Source of the DNA: Bispira polyomma
Lineage: Eukaryota
DNA length: 64,000 bases
Reading direction: 5' to 3'
NCBI GenBank assembly: GCA_965649765.1
Contig: OZ287750.1
Coordinates: 5,208,001-5,272,000, forward strand
Of this stretch, positions 42,180 to 54,600 are shown piece by piece; the stretch's first letter is position 1, and every line of letters begins with the position of its first letter. The notes beneath the pieces are model-generated. The model did not search any database and had not been told where the DNA came from. It saw only the letters and a list, made by a program, of their open reading frames with translations. Both the position numbers and the translations under genes were made by a program.

Positions 42180-42397
42180 CTGGGGGATTAACATCCTTAG
42201 GCAAGGTGTGGATATGGAGTTGTTACCTTATGCTGATGACCAATGCTTTATTGTGGGACTATCACTTCTTAGCCTACACGTCCTTTCAGCACATTCCGAC
42301 GTCTGCTGATTTGTGTGTGTCGGATCCGATCCGACATCGGCCGATGTTGTGCTTCCTTTTATTTGATATATACTTAAAATTTGAATGTTGACGTTGA

Positions 42398-42685
42398 AAA
42401 TGGCATGACAGAGCTTTTTTTATTGTGATTACTTTGCTTTTTTTCCCACCAAAATTTGTTGAGAAATGGAGATATTTACAGTTAAATAAGGGTACCCATT
42501 TCTACTTCCTTGTGTGTAAGCTGTGATGTAGCTACAAAACTGACGTCATTATGACGTTGCTGTGACGCATTATTCACAGTAGAAGGGGAAGTTAAATGGG
42601 GTACCCATCTATAAACTTAAATATCTGAGCCGTTTCTTAACAAATTTAAATTGCTTACAGTTAGTCAAAAATCTTTTGTCATGCA
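42398..42685. mobile_element. Fold-back MITE with long imperfect inverted arms
   Basis: gcatgaca...aaatttgttgagaaatgg...gatattt...gggtacccattt mirrored by aaatggggtaccc...aaatatc...ccgtttcttaacaaattt...tgtcatgc. Confidence 0.6.
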
Positions 42686-43963
42686 TTGTTTTGTCAGGTA
42701 GGGTGTTTATGTAATGCCCTACTTAAAGTAAACAAACTAAATAATATAGAAAGGCCAACTGTATGCAATGCATACATTACAATTCCATAATAACTCAAAA
42801 TTGATTTGGGAGTGATCACTTACAGAAAAACTTGGTCTCAACTTATTCTGTGTATTATATTGTCCCAATTTAAGCCTGTTTTCTCAGTGTACTGACTTTA
42901 TTTTTCCCATTTCCTCATATGTGCTCTGTGGGATAGCCCACTCAGTTTCCAATGGTCAAACTGTGCCACATCTTAGGAGAGCCTAAACTCCAGTGGACCT
43001 GACATATGACATGACTGTCATTTGATTGGCATTGACTTAAGCAATCCACTTGCATCATTGAGGCAGACATACGTCTGTGTGCTTGGGAGACAGTTCAGTG
43101 AAGGAGAAATAATGAAATAGAGTACATTTATATACATAAGTTGCCAAGGCTTAAAATAGTGTATATTTAGTGGAAATTATAGGTGGCATAAAATTTCTAG
43201 CATGAAATAGACAATTTATAAAGGCAATAATCAAACATTTTTTACTGAAACAATTTGAGTAGCTAAATAATAAATACAACTTAAAATATTTATTGGGAAT
43301 TAATAGTGAACCAATTTACATTAAATGTGGTGCAGAAATCGGACATGGGCCAAGAAAGAATTGATTTTAAACTTTACAGCGGATCTACTAACCTTTTGTT
43401 ATCCGTACAAAATGTTCTTGTCCCCGACATGTTTGGATAACAGAGGTTAGACAGTTGTTTCTCATAATTACAGAGTACATGTAAGTGTTTCTTGTAAATT
43501 AATAGAATTACGAGAAACCCCTAATGTATAGGCTTGGCTGTATATATATATATGAAAACCATAATATCCTAGGGCAATAATGACAGGGCTGATATTCATG
43601 CTTATACCTAATGTCTCTAGCCTTAATTTAATAGGGTTCAACTGTATATATAACACTGACAGAATGGTGTTTTGCCTTATGATAACATGAACCAGCTTTA
43701 CGCAGGTCTAGGATAACATGTTCACAGTACAGTTTATGTTAGATTTTTCATCAGACAGTTAAACTTCTTTAGGTAGAACTCTGTTAAGTCAATTTCTCCC
43801 TTATGTGGAGACAGAATTATCAGTTCCCACAAAAGCATACTCTTTGAAAATCTACCCTGTTAAGTAGAATTCCTGTTTAAGTAGCGGCAGTTCTCCTGGT
43901 TCCCGTAATTTGGTTCAACTTGAAGTCAAGGTGTTTCAAGTATATTTCCTTTGTGTTTTCTAG

Positions 43964-44159
43964 TAAAAATGAGATAGAAAAGCCATGGTTTCGTGGCAAC
44001 GATACAGACGAACGCAACAATAAAGCCCGAGAAGCCTACAAGGCTCTGATGACCGTCACCCTGCGGAAACCTGAGAGTGAGGCTTACAAGAACTTCAGCG
44101 AAGAGGTGAAACAGAGAGCGAGGCAGGAGTATGGACACTTTGTGTATGGAGAGGAAGAG
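43964..44159 (+). CDS. NPR1-like: NPR-like receptor coding exon 3
   Basis: Acceptor ttgtgttttctag|T; reads (S)KNEIEKPWFRGNDTDERNNKAREAYKALMTVTLRKP...YGEEE; donor GAG|gtgtgt; 196 nt. Confidence 0.92.
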
Positions 44160-44193
44160 GTGTGTATATTATGTGTAGTAAAAACCCTTTGTG

Positions 44194-44981
44194 ATACAAA
44201 CTTTTGGTATCTGAACAAGGTGCCATGTACTTTGGTCTAATATTACACAGATACATGGCTGACTGTTATCATATTATCAGAACCTCTATTATACAAACTT
44301 TTGGTATCTGAACAAGGTGCCATGTACTTTGGTCTAATATTACACAGATACATGGCTGACTGTTATCATATTATCAGAACCTCTATTATACAAACTTTTG
44401 GTATCTGAACAAGGTGCCATGTACTTTGGTCTAATATTACACAGATACATGGCTGACTGTTATCATATTATCAGAACCTCTATTATACAAACTTTTGGTA
44501 TCTGAACAAGGTGCTATGTACTTTGGTCTAATATTACACAGATACATGGCTGACTATTATCATATTATCAGAACCTCTATTATACAAACTTTTGGTATCT
44601 GAACAAGGTGCCATGTACTTTGGTCTAATATTACACAGATACATGGCTGACTGTTATCATATTATCAGAACCTCTATTATACAAACTTTTGGTATCTGAA
44701 CAAGGTGCCATGTACTTTGGTCTAATATTACACAGATACATGGCTGACTGTTATCATATTATCAGAACCTCTATTATACAAACTTTTGGTATCTGAACAA
44801 GGTGCCATGTACTTTGGTCTAATATTACACAGATACATGGCTGACTGTTATCATATTATCAGAACCTCTATTATACAAACTTTTGGTATCTGAACAAGGT
44901 GCCATGTACTTTGGTCTAATATTACACAGATACATGGCTGACTATTATCATATTATCAGAACCTCTATTATACAAACTTTT
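44194..44981. repeat. 97-bp tandem array, 8 near-identical copies, in intron 3
   Basis: Unit atacaaacttttggtatctgaacaagg...atcagaacctctatt starts at 44194, 44291, 44388, 44485, 44582, 44679, 44776, 44873. Confidence 0.97.
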
Positions 44982-47900
44982 TAAAAATTTAATCAGATAA
45001 CAGAGGGTCTATTATGTTTGTATTTAAACAAAAGTTTAAATAGGTGTTTCATCAGTAATTTGACCACTTTATAAGTTTGCAAAAATGTCAATGTCTTTAA
45101 CTGATCCAATTGGCGTTCACATTCTTTCGTAGATTTTTAAAACTTTTTAGACTGTGTTTCATTTCTAATTTTATACACAGTTATTTCAGTTTTTAGACTT
45201 GTGAAATATTTGTCCAGAGTAAATCTGTGAATCTCTTTCACAATATTACATTTTGTGAATATGCAATGGAGATGTTTAAAGGGTTAATGTTATTGGAGGT
45301 TGTATGGCACAAGTATATGCACCCTGGTAATTAAGCATATCATGCCATAAATACGCTTCTTTGTAGAAAGATTAACAGGTCTCACATATGGCTGTATATA
45401 TATTTGTTTATTCACAAATATAAGAGAGAAATGCCAGAAATTCTGTTTAAGTCACTAAATAAACATGACAACAAGTTTTGCATACAGTGGTATTAATTCT
45501 CCAGTTTGAATGAGTGAGTTTGTTTAGTTTAAGTAACAAAAAATGCACTTTTTCTTACAGAACAGCCTAACCTCTGTCTCTATTCCTTTCAGTGGGACCA
45601 AACAACGAAATTGTTGTTCAAATTTGCCTTTATTTTTTTAGTTCCTCATTATATGAATGGTTAAACTGTGCAAATTAAAGTGGTGTATGTGTATCTTATA
45701 TAAAAAAGCTATTTAATATCTCATATACATTTCAATATCCATATATTTAAGATAATTTACATTTCTGCGCAAACATTTGCCTGACTGCTTTTGAAGATAC
45801 TTGGGTCTTTCAGAGGTTTAAAAAAAAGTGACCTGACAATTGTACAATTTTTAGTGATTTTTCATATGGAAAATATGCGTAGGCTTGTCTACAATAGGTT
45901 AAATACCTAGATAACAGAAAAGAAGCTATAGATAACCCACCAAAAAAAGAAATCATATGTCATAACAAATGCAGTTTTTACTGTTTAGGGATCACAGACT
46001 ATAGTAAGACGATGTTTAAGTTCACATACCAACTCACTTAAGTTGTAGGATCTTCTTTATAGCCTTTATGCTATCTGCTACAACTGTTACAACTGCGTAG
46101 TTTTGATACACATACTTTCAATTAGGATTTGTATATTTTATAGAAATACAGTTGCTACCTAATGTTTTTGTAATGAAAACTACATCACCAATGTTACATC
46201 AGTAAAATGTATTGCAGTTGTTTTTTAACTTTAAGGTATTTAGGCAATCTGATGGCTAAACCTTTGTAACATAGTTTTTTTTTGTATTGCAGTAACATGT
46301 TCTCTCAGTTGTAAATATGGCTGCTTGTAATATGTACACCCTGTCAGTTTGCTGGCATGTCCTTCATCTTAGGACCAGTGTGTATGCTCTGTTGGCTACT
46401 TGATTGATCACCCCCAAAATCTGAGCAAAAACTTGTCCTAAATCTGAAGGCTATGTCAGTGGGCACTACTCGGGAATGCTGCCTTGGTAGGCTTTGGTAG
46501 CACATGACTTAATTAACTTATTGACTGGTCAGGTTATTAGCTTCTGTCCCAGTAGAGTGAAAAAGGCTTGATATGCCTGGACTGTTTTGGTGCCCTGGGA
46601 TTTCTGAGATATATTGGTGAAAGTGGCAACATTTTGTCAGTCACTGAGTCTTAGGTGAAAACCAATTTGCAAAATGGTCTTCAACCGTTTTTTGAATGAA
46701 CAGTGCTATACACCCTGTAACTATAACCAATGTAAGTCAAACTTCTCTATAAATAGAACCAACTTGCTGGTCTGGACAGTCCAAAGTAAGTACTTCTAGG
46801 GTAGGTCTAAGATGAACTGAGCCATAAGTAGAACCAAATTCTGTGGATGTTGGACATTCGACTTATACAGAGTCTACTACAAAGATGCAGTTTTCAGGAC
46901 TTTTGTAATGCTTGGACAAATTAGAATAATTTCTCCGATTTACAGAAAGTCTAAACTGTGCACTGCTTTTTTCCTAATAGGATAACTTTGCAGAATGAAG
47001 GCCAACATCAAGCAAGACATTATTGTATTTCCTAGTTCCTGAAGCAAGGAGAGGAATTAATTATGATGTGGTGGCAGTCATTTATAGTGGGTTTTATGTT
47101 CTCAGGGAAATGTATTAGAACAGTGGAAATAAGCAGTTTTATTGGCCATTCTTAGTGTTTTACTATCTCTACAAGGTTTATTTTTATGCCAGTTGCACCC
47201 CTACTCTCCTTTCCCTTAACAAATATGGCTTGCTATTCTCCGTAACAAAAGCAAACTGCTGCTGCCTTGCAATATGAACACACAAGTCTGAGCTAAGTTT
47301 TACTACTTTCTGCCCTAGTGAAATAGCTACCTTTTTTATTACCATTGCTTGCTTGTGATGAATCTGTGTGTATGTAACTCTTCTGACTGAATCTGTACAT
47401 GCCACTATTGTACAGACCCACAATGTTTAAGAGTGATGTTTGTCAAGAACAGTTCCTTTGTAGTTGTCCAAGAATTAATAGTCTGGTTCTTATCTAATAA
47501 AAACTTCTTTTACGTGCTTAACTGTTGCTGTGATTACAGAATATTGTATTTCCCCAAAAACCATGCATAATTTCGTTTAAAAAATACCTAAGTAATAGCA
47601 TGTTGATTCCTCATGCATGGTAATGTGGCTTGATGAGATTATTATACTCTGCATCTTATTTACGTTTTTCTTTTGTTTTTGTCTTTTTTGTTTGTTTTTT
47701 TAATTACTTTTTTTTGCAATTGAACTGTTGTAAAAAACCCTGTTCCATATTTGTGAGAACACTGTAGTATTAATAAAACAAACCCCAAACATTTTTCGAT
47801 TCTCAATTTGTTTTGCAACATAATTTGTTCTCTTTATTCAGTTAAAATTCGCTAATGTCTACAACACTTTGAAGTAATTTAATAAACGAAAAGGTAATCA

Positions 47901-48974
47901 GCAAACCTCTAGGCTCTGGCATCAAATGGAAAAAAGTTCTACTTTACAACTTCAAAACAGGGACTTTCAAGACCCTGGAACTTGCATATCCTTTATAGAT
48001 CAGGCTTATCCTTCATCCTCGGCCCAATAAACCAGTCCACATGACCCGCTGCCTTTGAAGTGTGTGACAAATGAATGCCCAATTGCGCAATTTGCTTTTT
48101 TCCTTAATGACAGATTTTTTTCTCCTGCCTGCCTTTAGTTAAATGATCAACAACAAAAGAACAGAGGATCTAACTTTATACACACATGATGAAGAAAGTT
48201 AACCAGGTGATCTTATAGGTATTATTAGTGGAGAAGACAAAGATACCATTCTCTCGTCTTCTTCTTAATGCCTACCTAATGTTCTAAAACTCAAGGCCAC
48301 TCGCTTAGAGATTGAGGAAAGTTATTATTTGATCAGTTTTCAGGACACCAGTTTGGGAAAGCTTTCCTGATGCAAAGACTGTTAGATTTAAAAGAGATGC
48401 AAATTATAATATAGAAATGAAATCTTAGATCGCAGTGTTCTGGGTCTACAATACAAACTTTTTTTTACAAAATTTACAAGAATCGAATTATATAAACTGA
48501 CCATTAACTTGTCTTTCTGCATCATAATTCAATTCAGACTATTTGTAAAAAATCCTGCAAAACTTTGAAGAGCCTTGATATAATTTGTGTGAAGAAAAAC
48601 CCCCAGTAAAATCTGTTAGGCTTCGCTGTTCTGTGCAAAAAGTAAGCATCATACATTTGGCTTCTCTTTTGGTCCATAGCTTTTAAGTCTTGGTATTTTT
48701 GCTCTGCACTAAGAAAAACGTGTATTTCAGTGAATTGCTATCATTAATCACGCATTCCAATTTGCTCGAAATGCTGCGGTTCTTGAGGTTTAGTGGTGGT
48801 TTTTTGTTAAGGTTTTTCTTATTCGTAAATTAATACAGAGAGGAAACATTGATGAAATTCCTGAAAAAAAAAGTTCTGGAACACTTCTAGGGTTCACTGA
48901 GAAAGAGCAGTTACTTCTGCAACTTTGAGGTATTGTCGGTTTTTTTGTTCATGCTTAGTACAGTTTCTCTCCGT

Positions 48975-49288
48975 GTTATGGCACTCAAAGGGCTAATTTA
49001 CCTTTTCTTGACTGCCCTGGAGTGTGTACAGCCAGCCAACCAGCACCAGTAGCTCTTGTTCTCCTAACTGAAGATAGAGGCTTGGGGATAACCATTCTTC
49101 AACGTCCCCAAGGTTTGCCTAGGTCTGCCACTTGGGGTAGGACTCAATGACCGAGGACCACCGCAGTTTAAGTGGTTATATATGAGGCATTATATATCGA
49201 CCTATGCCTTGGAGCCCTGGGCTAGGGTCAAACCCAGGTACTCTGTATCCCTGTGCAAGTGTGTTGCCCACTAGGCCATAATGGCAGC
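48975..49288 (-). mobile_element. tRNA-derived SINE (family B)
   Basis: Reverse strand: tggcctagtgg A box, gggtttgaccc B box, body homologous to 26447-26762. Confidence 0.65.
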
Positions 49289-49311
49289 ATTAGGGACATA
49301 TATAGGCATAA

Positions 49312-49561
49312 CGGGGCCACGGTGGCCTAGTGGTTAGCAAGCATTGCGCTTCACAATCACTGGTCTCTCACCTCTGGGCGGAGTTCGAATCCTGTCGATG
49401 CCTATGTGGGAAAGGTTGTATTTCCTTACTGTGGGCCGCTGGTTTCAGTGCAGAACCTTGACCGACTGTATGCAGTGTTTTCTCCAGCGTTTCCAACTAC
49501 CCGTCCCAATATAACCTACTAAAAGGTACTAAAGTGGACGTTAAATAACCAAATTCAAATG
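49312..49561 (+). mobile_element. Full-length tRNA-derived SINE (family A)
   Basis: 5' ggggcc; A box tggcctagtgg; B box gttcgaatcc; central tgtgggaaagg...ggtttc domain; tail aaagtggacgttaaataaccaaattcaaat; 11-bp TSD tataggcataa at 49301 and 49562. Confidence 0.9.
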
Positions 49562-50708
49562 TATAGGCATAATTGTATTTTATTTGTTGTATAATACAGT
49601 CTGATGTACATTCATTTTAATGTGCATTATATTTTCTGGTTTAGCAGTTTTTAGAATATGTAAACTGGTGTACATTATTTCTCACAAACAATTCTTGTGC
49701 GAAAGAATCTTTAATCTTTTTTTAAAGTTCTTTTAACAATATACCTTTTACTGAATGGATTAAAATTGGGGTACATTCAACTTTATGACATCACTAATGT
49801 CACCTTTTACTACATTTATATATTGTAATGTTACTTTCTACTAATTTATGCAATTATACATGTTAATATTATATTTGAACCATTACAAAATATCCAACAC
49901 ATTTTTACCATCTTGGAAAATATACGAAAGCAATTGCTGTAAATAAAATTTTATGATAAAATTTTGGTATTTAAAAGATTAAGGCTACTGTTGTAAATAT
50001 AGTATGTAGTCTCAGAGTATATTGTTGGGCGATACAATTTTTACTTTCAGGTATAATTCTTTTACAAATGATTGCACACAACATCACCATTCATCACAAT
50101 TGGTAGAATGTATAAAAATTCACAAAATGTCAAATGCAAACTCTAATAGTTAGAAAGAAGAATTGTATAAGATGTCACAGGCGATCAATCTCATGTCACA
50201 CAGGCATTTTTTCACACAGAGCACTCCTTGAAAGTTGCAGCATACATTTCACAAGAGGTAAGCGAGTCACGGTTGTGTGTGTAATGCTATAGTCACACCT
50301 GAACATATCATAAATTGCTCTTGATATAAAGTGTGACAAAAATTGTGATGACTTCATTCTGTACATGTGCTATTTTGTTTTATTTTAAGCTGGTACAACA
50401 CGGTTAGTGTGTGAGTGATGTCAGTCTAGGGTTACACCAGCCGATATTCAGCAAGGAAACTCAAGCTCAAATAATTCAATCCGAACTCAAGTGAGGACTA
50501 TGCGTAAATTTGATACAGGACCTATACTTGTGACCGTTCGTTTTAAGAGAGATTTTAGTACTGAATTCAAATACATAGTCAGATTTTGTGTATCTTTCAT
50601 ATCGTCAGAGATAGAGCTACCTAAGGGTTTAGGTTCAGAATTCTATCACAGGCTTAGAACTAAATACTTTTGTGAATGGTATTAGGCAGTCGTTCTTTAT
50701 ATTTGTGA

Positions 50709-50956
50709 CTGTTATCCTTGTTTTACAGGTAATAGCTTTGTGGGTGCCTTCCATAATGTAGTCATTCTCCATATATCTATCTGTTGTCCTTGTTTTACAG
50801 GTAAATAGCTTTGTGGGTTCCTTCCATGATGTAGTCATTCTCCATATATCTATCTGTTGCCTTTGTTTTACAGGTAAATAGCTTTGTGGGTGCCTTCCAT
50901 GATGTAGTCATTCTCTATATTGCTATCTGTTGTCCTTGCTTTAAAGGTAAATAGCT
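50709..50956 (+). repeat. ~73-bp tandem repeat made of the exon-4 acceptor plus the first ~45 nt of exon 4 (3 full + 1 partial copies)
   Basis: ctgttgtccttgttttacag|gtaaatagctttgtgggtgccttccatgatgtagtcattctc; AG ends at 50728, 50800, 50873, 50946; true acceptor at 51004. Confidence 0.95.
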
Positions 50957-51004
50957 ACCTAAATAGCTATCTCTATATTTCTATATGTTACTCTTTTTTT
51001 ACAG

Positions 51005-51140
51005 GTGAATAGCTTTGTGGGTGCCTTCCATGATGCAGTCATTCTCTATGCCTTGGCTCTAAATGAGACCTTGGAGGCTGGTCAGAGTGCTAGCAATGGT
51101 ACAGAAATCACTAAGAGGATGTGGAATAGAACATTTGAAG
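51005..51140 (+). CDS. NPR1-like: NPR-like receptor coding exon 4
   Basis: Acceptor ctcttttttttacag|GTG; VNSFVGAFHDAVILYALALNETLEAGQSASNGTEITKRMWNRTFE; donor GAAG|gtaaac; 136 nt. Confidence 0.94.
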
Positions 51141-51169
51141 GTAAACAACGTCAGCTTGCACAAAATGCT

Positions 51170-51488
51170 TGTACATCACTCATAGTTCACAAGTCAAAAA
51201 TACATTTTAACAATAGTTTCTCATGTGATGCTCCTAAGTTGTGAAATGATCTGCCTCATGATATTTGCACTGACTCCTTACTTGCCTCTTTTAGGAAAAA
51301 GCTCAAAACCTACCTATTTAGCAAGGCTTTTCCACCATAGCCTCTTTACCTTTTTCCGGTATCTCCATGGTCATGACCCCTGTACGTCAAATGGCTATAT
51401 GAAATTGTCAGATGATTTTCTGTTCATACGCCTCAGAATCTTCTAGCACAGAAATAAATGCTATAAAAGTTAGATTAGATTAGATTAT
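51170..51488 (+). mobile_element. L2/CR1-clade LINE 3' end (ORF2 C-terminus + 3' UTR + (TTAGA)n tail)
   Basis: Translates SFSCDAPKL*NDLPHDI...SFRKKLKTYLFSKAFPP*, matching the typical L2-clade ORF2 ending FS..AP.LWN.LP..I....F.K.LKT.LF..AF; microsatellite tail ttagattagattagatt. The 5' boundary is approximate. Confidence 0.85.
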
Positions 51489-51494
51489 AGATAT

Positions 51495-51631
51495 ACAGTA
51501 GAACCAAATATGCTAGCAGAGCAAGAGCTTGTACAGCTAATAAAAAGGTAGGGAAAGATATATTTGGTAGGGGATTTGGTATGGAATAAAAAATTTGGAA
51601 AATAGAACTTTGGATAATAGAGGTTCTACTG
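51495..51631. mobile_element. Same MITE family, inserted at the end of the LINE tail
   Basis: ta|cagtagaacc ... tggataatagaggttctactg|ta. Confidence 0.75.
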
Positions 51632-54600
51632 TAATAGTCTTTCCCAAGTTGCTTCTTGTAATGGTTGGAAATGGGGTTTGAGATTTAGGAACTCAAATTC
51701 GGCCTATTAATGTACCGTAATTGGCACCCCCCGCAAATGGGAAATATTTCTATCATGCAAGCAAGCAAGAGAAAAAGAATTCTTTAAAACAAAACAACAA
51801 GCAGGTGGAGAAATCGTAGTATTTTTTGGTAAGGGAGAGGGTAAATGAATTTTTTGCAAGTAAATCAGTATAATGTGGCAGTAATGTCCATCTTTAACTC
51901 TAGAAATGGTCAATGCTAAGACTTTTAGACTGCTCTATAATTCTAGATAGAAGTTTTGCAGTTTTTCTAAAAAAAAATGCCAGTTAATGGAAGTTTTTTA
52001 TCCCAGAACAGGAAACTATAATCTGACGAATTGAATATGTTTAAGGTTTGATATTTATATAAAAAAATTTAAATAGTGTTCATCCATCTGGAGGATGTAA
52101 ATTTGGGAAGTATGGGTTGCCTTGAAATTAAATATCTGGTGGGTGACATAACACTAAAATAGATCTTACTGGCTCAATTTCTTTGGAGGAATCATCTAAA
52201 GTAATGAGACCTAAATTGCACATTGCACATCAATTATGCATTTATTCTGGATTTATGATCCCAAAAGATTTATATAACATAATAAAGGATGACATGAGAA
52301 TGTGTAATTTGATTTTCCCAATTTTCCTTTGCTTGCCTTAACTATTGTGTTTTGAGTACTTTTTGTTTTCCTTGAAGATGTTTTTGAAAATCCTTGTTGC
52401 GAGTTAAACAAAGAAGATATAATCGAAAAAGGTTTTAGTAGGTTTTTTTTCAGAAAACTTGCATTTTTTACTTACTGCTAATGTACATCCACAACTGTTT
52501 GACATTGAATTCAAGTGTTTTTGTTCTTAATTAGTCAATTAACTTAATATTTAAGTTACTGCTGAATGTACTGCAAAGAGGAACCACAACAATTTATCTG
52601 CAGAATGATATATACTTCATCCATATTGCATATCAATTATGAACAGTTTAAGATGGTGCCCATAAAACTATATAATTAATATTTTGCTGCAATGCTAATC
52701 TTAAAGAATGAGTCTGAAGGGAAAAATACAAAAAACTTTTGGAAGGTGGAATGGTGGATCCTACATTTTATTTTTACTTTTTTGTGCTTTGATGAAGGAT
52801 ATATGCTCGAGTTCACTTCTATTTACTATATGTGTATTCTATTACCTTTATTGCTCCCTTTGTCCAGTATATATATTAGCTACACCATAAAAAGACAACA
52901 AAATTTATTGAAAATGACACAATTTATACATCTTATCAAGAGAGGATGCTTAAAGAATCTCTGCATGATTAATTATGGTAATTACATGTAATTGAAATAT
53001 TGTTCTTTTTCATTGTAACATAACCTGTACATAGCCCTATTCTCCTGAGTTCTATTTTTAGTCACACTCCCCCCCCCACCCCACCCCTTCTCACCCCGCA
53101 GTCTGTACAGTTCCAACAATACCATTTCGACCCCCCTCCTCTTCCCCCAATCTAGTAGATTGCATTAACTTTCTTATATTGCTCTTCTAACATTACAGAG
53201 AGGAAGGGTGGCCAGATTTTAGAGCTCAAATGGAGAGGGTGTTGGTTTTTTAACAGCGACATTACTCCCACTGATGTGTAATTTAGCCTGAGTTTACCCT
53301 CACCATGTAGCTTTAATTACTTGTCATTTATCATGACCTGCTCAGACATCACTTCACAGGCCTGAGACACCGCTGTTTAGATGCTATTTAACAAAGGTGT
53401 TAAACTCACATTTATACTTTTTTATAACTTTAATACCACATACAGTTTGTTTCCTTTATATTATAATGTGGAATAAACCTAGATATTCACTTTAATAGAG
53501 CTGTTAGTAAGACACTGAAATATGAAATAATTTTTTTTTTTTTCAGATATTATTTATTTACAAAATTATACATAAGATTATGGACATATTTAAAAATTAT
53601 CGTGATTATATAAGTTTAAAACCTTTTATAAATTGTGTCTGAAATCAAGTGGGCAGCATATGTATATGTAGATCTGGCTTTGCTTATTTCTTGCATATAA
53701 TCTTTATTTGCTCCCATGTACATTATGCTCACAAAATATAATTATTAAAACCCAGAATTTTCTACCTGATAGAAACTATGGTGCCTTTGAAATGTGTTGT
53801 ATTTAGAGCTTGAGGCCTATAATCATAAACAGCCACCTGTCAGACTTTAGGAAGCCTTATATATGTTTGTAGGCGGTTGGGTGGGTGGTTTGCTTGTAAT
53901 TCTTGTCTGTACTAAGACCTCCAGAATTAATTGCCACAGGAAGTTTATTATATGATACAAAAATCTATTTGGGCATTCAGTTTGCATAACATCATGGTCT
54001 GACCTTATTTGGGCTTTATTCCTAGTTAGTTACTACCCTGTACCTAGAAATGTTGTGTGCAGACTAAATATCAGAAACTACTTGGTTAGAGAAACTTCAT
54101 ATGTGGTAGAAATAAGTAGTAGAAACTCATTTTGATCTTTGACCTAGAAAAATTTACCTTGACCTAAAAATCTGGCTGGACTAGATCTCAGGTTACACTT
54201 CATTTTAACCTTTTATCTTGATTTCTGGACTATATGTCAGAAACAACATCAAACAGGAAGTTCATATTTCAGTAAACTATTGGCCAGGGACTGTATACAT
54301 GCAGCATCCGGAATTGACCTAATTTGGCCTTAACCTTGGAAGATATATCTTCCGTCCAAAAGTCTTCTATTAACTATATCTCTGTGACAATATGTATTTG
54401 CTATGGAAAATGCTTAGTTGGGGCTGCAGATATACAACAGCTAGCTTACACTGACCTCATTTTTGTGGTCATGGAGTTATGACCTTAACCTACAAATCAT
54501 TTCTAGACTATATATTTTCACCCTATATATGTTAGAAAATTTATTATTTGGTACAATTTTTCAAATATGAGATCTTTCTATCACCTATTTCAGCTGTCTA

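Noticed and set aside
44194-44981. CRISPR-like regular repeats (also 14349-14712)
   Set aside because: Head-to-tail tandem units with no unique spacers, no cas genes, eukaryotic context.
49312-49395. tRNA gene candidates (also ~10398-10460, 26447, 41870-41935)
   Set aside because: A/B boxes are present but there is no convincing cloverleaf; most continue into SINE bodies, some with tails or TSDs.
40004-50946. The 73-bp period shared by the MITE higher-order repeat and the exon-4 acceptor repeat
   Set aside because: The sequences are unrelated; treated as coincidence.
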